Of a stretch of 64,000 nt of DNA, positions 25,601 through 39,033 are shown one piece after another; position 1 is the stretch's first letter, and each line of letters opens with the position of its first letter. The stretch is from contig OX638152.1 of NCBI GenBank assembly GCA_951804945.1, positions 77,500,001-77,564,000 of the forward strand, in the 5' to 3' direction. The notes beneath the pieces were generated by a model. It made no database searches and had not been told where the DNA came from. It saw nothing but the letters and a program-made list of their open reading frames with translations. The translations under genes and the position numbers were made by a program. This DNA comes from Podarcis cretensis (lineage: Eukaryota).

Positions 25601-26585
25601 ACCTGATTCTTGGATACTCTGGTCTTTGCTTTCTTAGTCCTACATTCAGGATAGGTCCCTACTAAAGAGAGACAGAAAAGCGAATAGGCAGAGAACAGAC
25701 AGGATGATAAACCACTCACCAAACAAAAAAGAAGAAGATTCCCAACTATTAAAAGCTGAATGTTTCATATTTTGATTCATTCAGGCTTTGTGAGCCCCAA
25801 ATAGCACTTTTACATATTCAATTTTTTTCTCCATTGACTTTAATTAAGCTTGCCCCAGGCTGGCAATCCTGATGAACATGGTGAATGTTTTTTTTCTAAA
25901 GGTGCAGGCTCTCTACCTAGGCAGAGTTTTCCCGCCTCCGTTGAGCTCACCCAGCTGCTATTTAAACCCCATCGCTTATTATGTCATCAAGTTAAAACCT
26001 ATGAAATATAAAACACCCATGTATTTAACTGCCACCCCATAAATATTTTCCACCTGGCGACTTTGTGGAAATTATCATATTATTCCCTTATTCAGATGTG
26101 CCTGAAGATGCTAATATCTGTGATAAGTGATTGCAAAGTAGATATTGTAGCTTCGGGTAGGCTGGGGCTTGCATCTAATACTATGAAAGGGTAGTTCAGG
26201 ATTTCCATTCAGAATTATCTGGAATTATGGGTCTAGCTTCGGGGTCATTTAGCTACCTCAACAGTATGAACAGAATGATAGTTCAGAGGGATGGTTCACA
26301 CACGAACTGTTTGTATAGATTAAAGATGTTGCACAGAATATATGTGGTGTCAAGAATGTGCACTTCTTCACCTCATATGAACACAGGGACAATGGCCAAT
26401 CTAGCTTAGGGCTGTCTACACTGACAGGACTCCAACCTGGAGGTGTTGAACCTGGCATATTCTACATGCAAAGGAGATGCTCTAACACTGAGCTATGCCA
26501 CAATGTAATATGAACCGTGTTCCTATGTCCATAAATGCAGATGTGAGCAGCAAGCTTCAATGCATGCTATGAAGGCGAAACAATG

Positions 26586-26587
<2 letters not shown>

Positions 26588-26632
<45 letters not shown>
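26588..26632. repeat. (TTA)n microsatellite
   Basis: Directly visible. Confidence 0.95.
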
Positions 26633-27164
26633 GAACAAAGTCGTGATTTCGAGTGGAGAAGTAGGGGAAAGGAAATGGTTGATGAAGAAAGAGATGAAAC
26701 CTCTTGCCACCTACAGCTCACCCCTTGAAAATAGCACTTTCCTGAACTACAATTCACAGCGTGGTCTAGCAATCAATCTCTCTTCCAAGGGAACTCCGTC
26801 AATCTGCGAGGGAAATTGGGGTCTTCTAACAGCTCTCAGCGCCCTTAGCAAAACACATTTGCCACAATGCTTACAGTGTTACAATACTGATTTAAATGTA
26901 TAGGATGGCGATTACCTCAGCCAGGCCTCCTCAGCAGTGGCACCCTAGATTTATTTCTTGATGGCCATTCTGTGCTCATCTCAGTACCAAGATAAAACTG
27001 CTTATTTGAAAGACGTTTTAATGACAGAAAGTTTGAGGGTACATCTGCTGCTGCTTATATTTATTAAACTGTTTGGCGCTGCTTTTTGGGATCTAGCTGT
27101 ATTTGGATCAAATGTAGTTTAGTATGCTTTTGTTTTTATTTTGTTTAAGGAGTGGTTTGTACCT

Positions 27165-27290
27165 GCCATGGTCAGAGTGTTGGACTAAGGCCTGAGAGAC
27201 CAGGGTTCCAATTCCCACTCGGCCATGAAGCCTAACCTACCTCACAGGGTTCTTTTGAGGATAAAATGGTGAGGGAAAGAACCACGTAAA
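27165..27290 (+). mobile_element. MIR/CORE-SINE-like fragment
   Basis: tRNA-like head GAGACCAGGGTTCCAATTCCCACTCGGCCATGAAG and CCTACCTCACAGGGTT core. Confidence 0.6.
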
Positions 27291-28489
27291 TTTATTACTA
27301 TTATCATCTATTTATCATCTATTGCATTTATTACTCACTTCTTTTTCATGAGAAGTGACCCAAAACAACTTACAAAGGTACATCACACTGAGGTACCTTT
27401 AGAACCTTGGAGGAAAGGTGGGGTAGAAATGGAATAGTAATAAAAATAATAAAAATAAATGTTGGTTTTCTTGTACACAGTAATGTGGAAATGTAGAATA
27501 CTAATATTCTAAAAAACAAATGACTAAGTGAGTACATTGGGATTTGTTATTATGGTACTTAATAAATAAAGAGGTGCATTTTGGGGAAGAACTTACAAAT
27601 CTATGGATCTCTCCCAGAGTGCACCCTCACTGCAACCTACGTATCTGGGGCATATGGGAACTGAACCTATAATCTTGAATTCTGCGAATGCAGTAAATAT
27701 TGTGTATAACAATGCACTGTGCCCCTACTCCCATTTGATGGGAGCTGTCTTTCCCATTCAAGAGAATGTACTGCCACTCTCGCCCACGTCAATAATGATT
27801 ATGTTAGGGTAACTGTCCTCTTGACTCCAGTCAATACTGAAATTTATAACAAAAAAGGAGAAAAGACATTAATAAGATTTTCCCCTTAACATAGGGTTTA
27901 TGTTAAGCACCCTGGTTTTGTAACTATGTGGCGGCACTTTGCAATTTCTGCCCCACAGAACCGTCAGAGAGAGAATCTCTTGACTTACGCTATGAACTTG
28001 ATGGCACTGAGACTTACAGGGGGCTGCACAAATCTGGTTGAACAAAACTGTGGTGCCTGCCAAGTCGATCGTGCATCAAACTCAGTCCTTTCCATGCAGT
28101 GACTGCAAAAGTCACTTAGACAAAACTGGGCTCTTAAAATCCCTCAAAGTTTAATTTACTTTGTCAATTACAGTCCAACTGCTTGTTCCAGAGAAACATT
28201 ACTATGATCTAGGGATTAATCAGCCAAAGCTGTTAATCAGTAGGGCTGGAAGATAACGGCACACTTTCTTTTTCTTTTAAAATGCAAAAATAAAAATAAA
28301 TGTTTTGCTATAGAGTCTTAATATAAGAAGGAATGAAAAAAACTGTTGCTGATGTAACAACAATGGGTCACTTACCTTTATTAAACTGGAAAGTATATGA
28401 GACTTTCTTCTGTATCGCCCAAAGATTTTGATAATATATGAATGTATTTAATTTCAACCGATCATTAACCAATCAGTGAAAAGACAGAT

Positions 28490-28649
28490 AATGACTCAGC
28501 TACAAGTCTCAGTTGGTTAGAATGTGGTGCTGGTGCTGCCAAGGCTGCAAATTCGATCCCTGTATGGAATAGGTGCATATTCCTGCATTACAGGGATTGG
28601 ACTAGATGATCCTCAGGACTCCTTCCAACTCTACAACGCTATTATTCTA
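28490..28649 (+). mobile_element. tRNA-derived SINE with CR1-type tail (POMSINE-like)
   Basis: CTCAGTTGGTTAGA...TTCGATCCC head then GGACTAGATGATCCTC...CCTTCCAACTCTAC tail. Confidence 0.65.
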
Positions 28650-29335
28650 AGTCTTTAATCCACAGTCTGCTCTACTACCACCCCATTGACATGCATTACT
28701 AAGGCTGCACCCATGTGCCTATCACCCAAATTGCTCTCTATGATACATGATTGTACTGAAGGTAGGGCAAGTCCTGTGCAATATTTGCTCCCTGCTGCAT
28801 GGCATCTCACACCTGTCAAAATTCCATCTTCTACCAAGTATTTCTTTGAGGAAAAGGAGAGGGTTTCCCTTTTTACATCAGGCCATCCTTAGTCGGGCAA
28901 AAGCTCGGCTTTGCCGTTTTAGCGAAGCACAGCGGCCATGACCTTTTCACAGAAGCTGGACCGAAATGATAACGAGTGGGGGCAGGGAATAGAGATATTT
29001 GGATCAGTAGTTTAAAATATCCTGTCTATTGCTTAGTGGCACATTTGCAGTCATCCCTGTTAATAACTCTAATTGTGTCAAAATTACTCCGTGCCAACTT
29101 CTCTGACCATGCTCTCCCTTGAAAGGAAGCTTGCCTTAAAAGCCAGCCGCAGACAATTCTTTTCCTGCAGAGGGTTAGGGATTCTCAATGCACATTCCGA
29201 GCCACACGCCCAAGTGCAAATAAGTCAACTACCACAGCTATTTAATCAGGAGCGTTTGTTGATTTGAGCAGAGCCCCTATGCTGTGAAATGAAAAAAGAA
29301 AACCAAATTTTCTTGAGCAATCTTGCCGTTCCTGC

Positions 29336-29475
29336 NNNNNNNNNNNNNNNNNNNNNNNNNNNNNNNNNNNNNNNNNNNNNNNNNNNNNNNNNNNNNNNNN
29401 NNNNNNNNNNNNNNNNNNNNNNNNNNNNNNNNNNNNNNNNNNNNNNNNNNNNNNNNNNNNNNNNNNNNNNNNNNN
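29336..29475. other. N-run (140 nt)
   Basis: Directly visible. Confidence 0.99.
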
Positions 29476-30041
29476 ATTTCTGGGACCTTCCTAAACAAAC
29501 ACAATGTAGAAGGGAGTCAAAGTGCTGTCATTTCAGTCCTTTGTCACAGGCTTTGCGCCCTGCAGACACATCTCTGGCAAGGACCGGCGAGGAATTCGAC
29601 GGCACGTCGCCGTTCTCTTAAAGGTGACCCGGCTCAGAGAGTGGATCGTGCATCTTTTGGCATTCCGTTCCGGGGAGGGGGAAACGCCATCTCATTAAAG
29701 GCGTTTGTGCAATGGAGCTGTACTGCTTTTAGCTTGTCTTAGACAATAAATGTAAGTGCTCCTTTTAAGTTTGTCTGGCAAAGCAGTTGTGATCGCAGCT
29801 GATACTTAAAAAGAAAGAGAGAAAGAAAGGGGGGGGGAGGAGACAAATGCTCATTAATAAGCTTAAATAGGACGTGCCAAAGATCCAAGCATAGGAGAAA
29901 CATGTATGAGGTATTTGAAACACAGAATATAGAAATATACAGAGGAATTCCAGTTTGGGGCTTGAACACACATAATGCTTAGATTGGATTTATATGTAGA
30001 ATGAAAGTGACTGCAGGTTTTGATTATCATTATTATTAAGT

Positions 30042-31012
30042 TTTAGGAACGCCCACTAATTGCGTGCCAAGGCCCCGTGCCTCGTTCCCTAGTGGATAAA
30101 TAAAGCACACGAACAAGCAGATTTTGGTTTATGGGTTCAAATAGGCCACAACTTTATTGGTTACAGATGTGAGTGGTTTTGGCTTAGGCATTAGGTGATA
30201 CCAGACTATATCCCGACTCCCGTCTGTCTGCAGGGAGTCCAACTAAGGGTAAACCACCAGTAGGGGGAGCCCTATGACTTACATCAAACAGGGGCACCCC
30301 GAGGAGTTCCCGTTGGGGTAGTGATACGGGCCTAGCCCACATCCGGGCCTCAGATAGAATCCACACCCCCAGATCCCATTAAGGATACCCTTAATGAGGA
30401 GGGGTAGGCAGAGGCTACAGCCTCCCTTCAATCCAGACAAAGGCTTACCCAATGCCTAACATCACATCATCATCAAACCTTTTACTGGCATCACATCCAA
30501 ACATCCAAAACAAATCAATACAGAATTGCCACTTCCCCAGTGGCACAAAACATTTGCTAAAGGAAATGAGGCAGAGCAGTCTATCGTCACATCTCTAGGT
30601 CTCCAGGGAGACAAAGTTGTGACGATCTCTATGAGATAGGTGAAAACCAAATGGCTGGAGCCAATTTGACAAGTGGAAAAATTCCTGCCCGGTCCCAAAA
30701 ATATGGCGACTAACATTAGTCCACAGCAAGGTTGTAACGCAGGAAAGCAGAAAAAGAGGACAGGTGGGAGGTAGATTTGGCGAAGGGTGCAAGAGGATGA
30801 TCTCCTCGCCGGGCAGTGGTTTAAATTCCCCACGGCCATGCCCCCGTCACTGCTCAATGGTCACTGGGGCCTGCCCCTTGAGCAGGGCCCTGCCCAGTGC
30901 CAACAGCATCACCGAGGGGCCCGGGGCCCGGCTGCAACGCTGCCCACCCAATAAGTTGAGAGGACTTGGCAGTATCTCAGAACTACAAGCTCCTATGGGG
31001 GGATGTCATACA
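30042..31012 (-). mobile_element. Probable solo LTR (~970 bp)
   Basis: GC-rich island ending ...CATACA (TGTATG on the minus strand); minus-strand AATAAA near the left end; shares GGCCACAACTTTATTG with 58729. Confidence 0.55.
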
Positions 31013-31468
31013 ATTTAAATTATAAATATAAACACAAAATACTGTTTTGGAATTGGGGTTGGGCTGCATGCCCTCCTGGGCTGTCCCTTTCAGCCCTGCG
31101 GTTTTATAATTTTAAAATGTAGGTCTTCAGAAGAAAAGGAAGATGATGGTGATGATGATTAATGGTCAGACTAGTTTCTTTTCTTATGTAGATAGCCCAC
31201 ACATTCCTTTTTGCTGGGAAACTTGGTCTCTGCATAACTAAAGAAATAGTCAAGTACAGGTGATTTGTTGCCATTAGAGCTAATAGCTGGAGATCCTTCT
31301 GGAAAGTGTCTTCCTTGTCTGCTCTCCTGGCCATATCACCTCTGTCACTGGCAGTCTTGGGAATGGACCTTGAAAAGGACAGAGACTTGGCTGTCCTCTA
31401 GAAACTGCATGGAGCATCTGGATCTGTTGGAGTGTGAATACTGTGAGTCTTCCGTCTTATGTTCAGCA

Positions 31469-31499
31469 TGTAAAGGTAAAGGTAAAGGGACCCCTGACC
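31469..31499 (-). mobile_element. Extremely 5'-truncated Sauria SINE (tail only)
   Basis: (AAAGGT)n-GGGACCCCTGACC flanked by 10-bp TSD ATGTTCAGCA. Confidence 0.8.
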
Positions 31500-31600
31500 A
31501 TGTTCAGCAAAATGAAAATTTTGTATAGTCAAAACACATTGGTTTCAGTGGCAGGTAGGATTGCTAAAGTCTTTTCTCCTTGATGCCCATGCCCTTTCTG

Positions 31601-31657
31601 TCTTCTTCTTCTTCTTCTTCTTCTTCTTCTTCTTCTTCTTCTTCTTCTTCTTCTTCT
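31601..31657. repeat. (TTC)n microsatellite
   Basis: Directly visible. Confidence 0.95.
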
Positions 31658-32212
31658 GCCTAATGTGTAAAGCTGAATGCACAGAAGTTAAAGGTGCATA
31701 AGTTGTAGGCTTACTGTATCACAGAAAATGCTGCAAGCTTCCAGTGGCCTTCATTCCAAGGAAACAAAACCCAGAGTATGCACTGGCCCTCTGAAATCTC
31801 TTGCTGCTCAGAAATGGGTATGCAAGGTTCACTTAAAAATATAAATGTTAAACACGGGGAGCAATACCCAATGAAGTAATTTTGCTAGGGCAAAGACTCC
31901 TCTCCTGGTGTGCCCTGTGACCCCTAAAACTGCTCTGGTAACTCCCCCCCCCCAAACCTGCAGAGCAGATTTGGGAGGAAGAGGGAGGGAAGTTCTGTTG
32001 CACAGGCATAAATGATTGCACTTGTGGAATCACTTCATTGGACACCATCCACAGCTTGATAGTGTCCACTGGTGGGTTGGGATCTAAAATGGTTTTTTGA
32101 TTTAATATACAGGGGGTGCATCAAAATTACTATTTCGGAAAATGGAAAGAGCAGAGAGTAGAATAAAGAAAGGGAAGGTAACCAGCAATCCTATATTGCT
32201 AACTTGGACCAC

Positions 32213-32698
32213 TGTTGTTGTTGTTTAGTCATTTAGTCGTGTCTGACTCTTCGTGACCCCATGGACCAGAGCACACCAGGCACTTCTGTCCTCCACTGCC
32301 TCCCGCAGTTTGGTCAAACTCATGCTGGTAGCTTCGAGAACACTATCCAACCATCTCTGTCATCCCCTTCTCCTTGTGCCCTCCATCTTTCCCAACATCA
32401 GGGTCTTTTCCAGGGAGTCTTCTCTTCCCATGAGGTGGCCAGAGTACTGGAGCCTCAGCTTCACGATCTATCCTTCCAGTGAGCACTCAGGGCTGATCTC
32501 CTTAAGAATGGAGAGGTTTTGATCTTCTTGCAGTCCATGACACTCTCAAGAGTCTCCTCCAGCACTATAATTCAAAAGCATCAATTCTTCGGCGATCAGC
32601 CTTCTTTATGGTCCAGCTCTCACTTCCATACATCACTACTGGGAAAACCATGGCTTTAACTATACAGACCTTTGCTGGCAAGGTGATGTCTCTGCTTT
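32213..32698 (-). mobile_element. Bov-B LINE 3' fragment
   Basis: (TTG)n tail at left; reverse complement of the 20779 element, extending further into ORF sequence. Confidence 0.9.
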
Positions 32699-33814
32699 AT
32701 AGGTGAGTCTAAAAAGATGAATATTGCTATATTATTATTGTTATGTTACTTTTAATCATGTGTACTATGAAGTGGCAGGACAGTTTTACAAGCCCTATTT
32801 TATGTATGCTTATTTTACAGATGGGAAACTGAGACCTCCCTCCCTGAGGTGTGGCTGCAGTGGGACTTGGACTTAACGTTTCACAGATCCATATTTAATC
32901 TCCTATCCAATGATCCCAGTTTCACATGCTGGGAACAGCTATTCCTGGTTGCATCAAATCCAGGGTAGAGTTAGGATCTAGGGCTACCCTTCTAGGTTAG
33001 TTCTGGGGCAGTGAGTGCCTCATTCAATTGGACTGTGCTTTCCCCCCAATGTTCGTTGAGGTTTCTGATTGGTTGGAATGGAGAAGGATGTGGTCCAGTG
33101 TACATCTATGAATGTTACTGTAAACAGGACAGCAAGCTTGGCACTTCACTTATTGATACGATTTCTTACCTGCCCTTCACCATAAGGTCTCAGGTATGGT
33201 TTCAACAACATAACCATGCAATTTAAGACAAGCAAAACTGTTTATATAATTATATCGGTCATGCCATCTGTTTCTACTGTCCACAGTGCAAATGGTGGTA
33301 AAAGGATCATTAAGGCCCAGAATGAAGTATGCATGGCATGAAGAATGATGAGGCTGGAAAAAGGAATACCCACAAAATTCCACATAGTGCCAAATTTACT
33401 CTCTTGACTCAACCTTACCTGCCATCAGGGCAATCTTTAGTGACTCCACAGAGTTCATCATCATCATCATTAAAAGGATCAGCAACTGCAATACATGTTA
33501 AACATTTAGGTGAAACATTTTCCCCCATAAGGGTACCAGGGTTAGACCACGCAGCAAAAAAACAGCAAAGAATCTTTAGTCTCTTGTTAGTCTTTAAGAT
33601 GACCCCAAGGCTCTTCAAAGTTTAACATGAGTTACTGAGAAGTGATGTACTCTTTGCATTCTTTCATTTCAAAATACGTTTTCCTTGCAACCAACCATAT
33701 TTCATATTGCCAGCTATGAAATGCCATTACTTTTTCCCATCATGGGTGGGCAGGGGATGGATACAAAGGACAGTGTGCAGGTCTGTTTAAGCAAAATTCT
33801 GCTCCCTCCTCAAA

Positions 33815-33853
<39 letters not shown>
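33815..33853. repeat. (AAT)n microsatellite
   Basis: Directly visible. Confidence 0.95.
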
Positions 33854-33854
<1 letters not shown>

Positions 33855-34374
33855 GGTAGGTAATATTATTTTCCAAGATGGGTTTCCCCAAGAGACAGCA
33901 GATGATTAGATTCAGAGGGGAGAGTGAGGAAGTTAAACTTAACATTCTCCATGTGCTAGGGTCTCTTTTTAAATCTCACTGCACAGATATAATAAGAGTA
34001 AACAGCTATACATAATATATTATCATGTGCCTTCAAGTTTCAAGCTCAGATCTTGCTGGCGCAATAGAAGAGGGGATGGTTTTTGTCCATCAGAGCATAT
34101 TTAGACATGAACTTGCTCATTTTAGACCCCAATAAGAAGATATCCATGAAACACTATCATCTATCTATCATCTATTATCTATCACCTATCTTGCTTCATT
34201 GATACATTCTTATAGGAAGATGATAGATGATAGATGATAGATAGATGATAGATAGATTATAGGTAATGATTTTTTGGGGGGTGGGAGTAGGATGTATGCA
34301 AGATCTTCCTAACCCCTTGATCCAGCAAGTGTTTAAATATAAGCCAGGCTAGTTTTCTGTGTTGAGGTGGTCAC

Positions 34375-34560
34375 CTGTGTGATGGGCCATTAAGGTTATA
34401 AGAGAGGGAGCAAATATTTCCTATATCCACTTTCTTCATGCCATATACAATTCTATTAACTTCCATCATGTCAGTTCTTACTTGCCTTTTCTCTAGATGA
34501 AAACGTCCGAAATGTTGCAACCTTTGAATTCCTCCACCGCCTTGATCATTTTGGGCTGCG
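34375..34560 (-). mobile_element. Degraded CR1 fragment
   Basis: RLQHFGRFHLEKRQVRTDMMEVNRIVYGMKKVD resembles the CR1 ORF2 C-terminus. Confidence 0.65.
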
Positions 34561-36075
34561 TTCACATAGCAGTTTATTCCAGTTTATAACTATTCATTTC
34601 CACGTTATATCTGAGCTTTCACATGATGCAAAAGCCACTTCCAGAAAACTAACGGAATGTAGCACTTGTTGAGCAAACATTTCTGTGTTGCTTGAGTCCA
34701 GAAGAAAATCTATTCGCAGTCCCCTTAACCTGTAAAATTGTAGGAGTAAGGTGATGAAAGTTGGGGTGGTATTCTGGCATAGATTTCTTGGGTGACCCAT
34801 GCGGTGGGGGGGACAGGATAGAAGCACACATGTGTCAAAAGAATGCAGGACTAGCAACATTGCACAATGCCATTCACTGTTGTGTTGCACCATACCCACT
34901 GGTGTGAGTGAAATTTAGTGTGACATGTCAGTATATTGGTCAAAAAGCCTCAGTTTTATAACTAAAATGAACATTAGAAAATGGGACAGAAGCAGGAGCA
35001 TTATAATCAGGAAAATCTAATATCCAATAATCGGGAAAATCAGAAAAACTAATACAAGATTCCCCATTTCTGAATGCACCCTTGTCTGGCCTTTTCCAAC
35101 TTTGCAATGTTTCCACTCTTTTTCACTTTGACAAAGAAGAATCTAACTTTTCGAGAGAGTGAATGGCCAATGGTAGCACACTCAGACACTAATTTGAGGT
35201 CATGCAGGTCTGGTCCAGAATTCTAGTCCCCACGGACCACATTCATTCTCATTTAGCAAAGCAGGTGCCACTTTCCAATTGTACAAAACAAGAACGGAAT
35301 TAATTGGGTTATGGTCTCCGTGTGGCCAATAGGGCCTTAATTGTATGACTCAATTTGATTCTAATGAAATGGAAATTTTAATTTTAATGGGAACTCATAG
35401 GTCGAAATCACCAGACACCACACTAAATTGTTACTTTTTCATACTTAACCATGTTAACTGAAGACACCTGAGGCTTGGGGAAATTACTGAAAAGTTTCTG
35501 CATTTCTGATAATATCTTGGTTGCTCCTTAAACCCTCCATAGGGACAAGAAGATCCTGTAAAATAGTGATTGGATTTGTCATGCAGAGAACTGTCGATCA
35601 ATTTTTTTTTCCTTTTTAAAAAGTGATTATTAGATCCCATTATGAAATATGCATTGTAGGCATATATTCCACTGAGAAAGGAGACAAAAAGTTGATATGC
35701 GGTTCCATTTTCACCGATGAATTGCAAAGTGGTGTCAGTTTTGTTGTTTCACTAATTAAATAGTTTACTTATGAGAGGTGCAATTGTAACGCACTGTTCT
35801 TCGGCAGGCGTATGTGTGTGAACCCTGTCAGGGGGGAAAATTCCTGATTCGGCAGTAAAATAATACAAATTCAGAACAAATAAAAATCAAATCTGTGATC
35901 TGAGTAATTCTGTGGGAAAAATTCCTAGGTATTGATCCAGGAAAAAACACACATTGGCTCAAAAGGGCAAAATGCACAGCTAGGCATTCAGGCCTGTGCT
36001 TCATGTCCTTCTTGTACTGGGTAGTTGGGTCTTTTATTCAAAAGAACCAAGTAGGAAATGTTTTAAGTAAGTATG

Positions 36076-36111
<36 letters not shown>

Positions 36112-36112
36112 A

Positions 36113-36251
36113 ATAGAATCATAGAAGTGCAGAGTTGGACCACGAGGGTCAACTAGTCCAGCCCTCTGCAATGCAAGAATATTTTGCCCAACATGGGGCT
36201 CAAACCCACGACGCTGAGATTAGAGAGTCTCATGCTCTTCCGACTGAGCTG
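36113..36251 (-). mobile_element. tRNA(Lys)-like SINE with CR1-type tail (Squam2-like)
   Basis: Minus-strand head AGCTCAGTCGG.AGAGCATGAGACTCT...GTCGTGGGTTTGAGCCCCA; tail CTATGATTCTAT; next to (TA)n. Confidence 0.7.
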
Positions 36252-37260
36252 AATAAAACATGGATATTTCACCACAGCTTTCACCACATTCTGTGCAGCA
36301 TTGCAGTTTCCTGTAAAAGCTCCTATTGAAAGTATCCATTTAAAATCTTACTGTACAATGAGCCAAATTTTACCGTGTAGAAGTTCGCTTCCGAGAGAAG
36401 AGTTAAAGGACCTCTTCTCTCAGAGCTGTCTTCGCACTCCCGAAATGAGCAATTGAGAGGGAAAGCAAAGGGAATTTTAAATAATATGAAATAATTGTGG
36501 CCAAATAGCCTTGCTATTCCCTTGAACTATTAAATCTTCTTAATGCCTCTGCATCTAAAAAAAGAAAGAAAAGAGACTCCAAATGGGCTTAAACAGATTT
36601 GATGAATGTGGAACTCATCTCAGGGGCTAGCAACATTTCTGGCAACTACGGTTAAATTGATTTTGTACATGAACACAAATCATTAGAAAATTGGACCCTT
36701 TGTGTTTCAAACGACTTTGGGTGGTGGTTAACCCTTGGTAAAATGAGCTGTTTCCCCTAATCATAGCTTTGAAAGGTGGGCTTTTTGAAGAGAGGACTGA
36801 TTTCACATAATCTTTATGTATCATTTCAGGGTTTTCAAAGGTTCAACATTCTGGCCACTGGCATTTGCTTGTCCTGCTCTTAACTACGCTTAGTAGTTGC
36901 ACGGAGCTTAAGAGCCCAAGGCAAGTCACTATCGCAGAGCCTCCTGTCTGCAATATGGGGAGAATAGTAAAAGCTGGACCAAAAGTTCTGCTGAGAAATT
37001 TCTATTACTATTATTTAATTCATATTCCGCTTAATTGGCAAGGCGGCTTCCAACTGGTTCACAAGTATAAAACAAATCACGGAAACACACACACACCATT
37101 AGAATGCACAATAAAACAATTCCATCAAAACATTAAAACAGAACTCTACAGTTAAATGTCCAATGAAACAAGCCCATAGAGAGAGAGAGGGAGAGGGAGA
37201 GGGAGAGAAACATTTTCAGAGGAATGGAGAGATTAATCAGCAACAGAGGTTTTCCCTTTA

Positions 37261-37432
37261 CAGTGGTACCTCGGGTTAAGTACTTAATTTGTTCCGGAGG
37301 TCCGTTCTTAACCTGAAACTGTTCTTAACCTGAAGCACCACTTTAGCTAATGGGGCCTCCCGCTGCCACTGTGCTGCCGCCACGTGATTTCTGTTCTTAT
37401 CCTGAAGCAAAGTTCTTAACCCGAGGTACTAT
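37261..37432. mobile_element. Truncated CAGTGGTACC-family MITE
   Basis: One TIR and internal sequence; other end missing. Confidence 0.8.
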
Positions 37433-37710
37433 TGCGGTACCCTAAAACCACTTCTAGTAGAATGGGCCTCATCCTTTCACCTCCTGGTAAGCAGCAGTGA
37501 TCTGTTTGCCAGGAAGTGAGTGTAATAGCTCTGCCCCATCCAGCAAGCTGTTTCTGGTGGTTTCCTGGGCATTAGTCCTCTGTTGGAACAGAACAAACTC
37601 CAGGGATCGACATTTGAAGACATTTCTAAAGGTCCCAGTAAATTTCATTGCCAGTGGTGAACTCAACAGCAACGTTCATAACACGACATGCTTCCTCTAA
37701 ATCGTATGCG

Positions 37711-38003
37711 AAGGTAAAGAAAGGTAAAGGTAAAGGACCTCTGGATGGTTAAGTCCAGTCAAAGGCGACTATGGGGTTGCGGCGCTCATTTTGCTTTCAG
37801 GCTGAGGGGGCCGGCATTTCTCCACAGACAGCTTTCCGGGTCATGTGGCCAGCATGACTAAACTGCTTCTGGCACAATGGAACACTGTGACGGAAACCAG
37901 AGCACATGGAAACGCCGTTTACCTTCCTGCCACAGTGGTACCTATTTATCCACTTGCACTGGTGTGCTTTCGAACTATAATAATGATGATGATGATGATG
38001 ATG

Positions 38004-38050
<47 letters not shown>

Positions 38051-38287
38051 TTATTTATACCCCGCCCATCTGGCTGAGTTTCCCCAGCCACTCTGGGCGG
38101 CTTCCAATTGAGTGTTAAAAACAATGCAGCATTAAATATTAAAAACTTCCCTAAACAAACTGCTAGGTTGGCAGGAGTTGGGGCAGAGTAACAGGAGCTC
38201 ACCCCATCAGAAGGAATCAAACTGCCAACCTTCTGATCAGCAAGCCCAAGAGGTTCAGTGGTTTGGACCACAGTGCCACCTGCACCC
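37711..38287 (-). mobile_element. Sauria SINE interrupted by an L2 3' fragment
   Basis: TSD TAAATCGTATGC at 37698-37709 and 38288-38299; SINE sequence resumes at ~38158. Confidence 0.88.
37977..38157 (-). mobile_element. L2 3' end with (ATG)n(ATA)n tail nested in a SINE
   Basis: Matches the L2 3' UTR elsewhere in the window; AACT repeated at the junctions. Confidence 0.8.
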
Positions 38288-38869
38288 TAAATCGTATGCA
38301 AGCCACTCCCTGCAAGCTGACTCGTGTGCAGATTTATGACAGCGGTCAGTTTCAGGCAACCATTTTGCTCATGAGGAGTTCCCTTTGCTACTAGAACAGT
38401 GTGTTTACTAACATTCAAGCTTTGAAAGACGAGTTCAAAATCTGAACTGCTATCAGTCTGGCAAGATGGAAATAGAAAATTGGGAAGGGGGTATATGTGA
38501 CAGGTGGCTTTGAGAGCCTCAGGCCCTGTTTGGAAAGTTGCCTTTAATACCCATTAGGAATCTGGGTGAAGGTTAAACTTGTCAGGCGGTGAAAAATGGA
38601 ATCGGTGTTGGCTGACCTGCGAGAAGGCCGTAAAGTTCTATTCTTCACAATAGCAAGATATATTATTGCTGTAACGCCATTATTCCGCTCCATCACTTTT
38701 AAACCTTGTTCCCATTATCTACAAGTTAAATATAACCCTATGTAAAAACAGGAAGGACAGAGCTAAGTTGTCCGGCTTAACAGCACACACTTAAAACATA
38801 ATAGAGCACTTGTTACTGTATTTTATGGAACGGAAACTCCAAATGTAAAGACGTATTAAGGAAATATCT

Positions 38870-39033
38870 NNNNNNNNNNNNNNNNNNNNNNNNNNNNNNN
38901 NNNNNNNNNNNNNNNNNNNNNNNNNNNNNNNNNNNNNNNNNNNNNNNNNNNNNNNNNNNNNNNNNNNNNNNNNNNNNNNNNNNNNNNNNNNNNNNNNNNN
39001 NNNNNNNNNNNNNNNNNNNNNNNNNNNNNNNNN
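38870..39033. other. N-run (164 nt)
   Basis: Directly visible. Confidence 0.99.
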
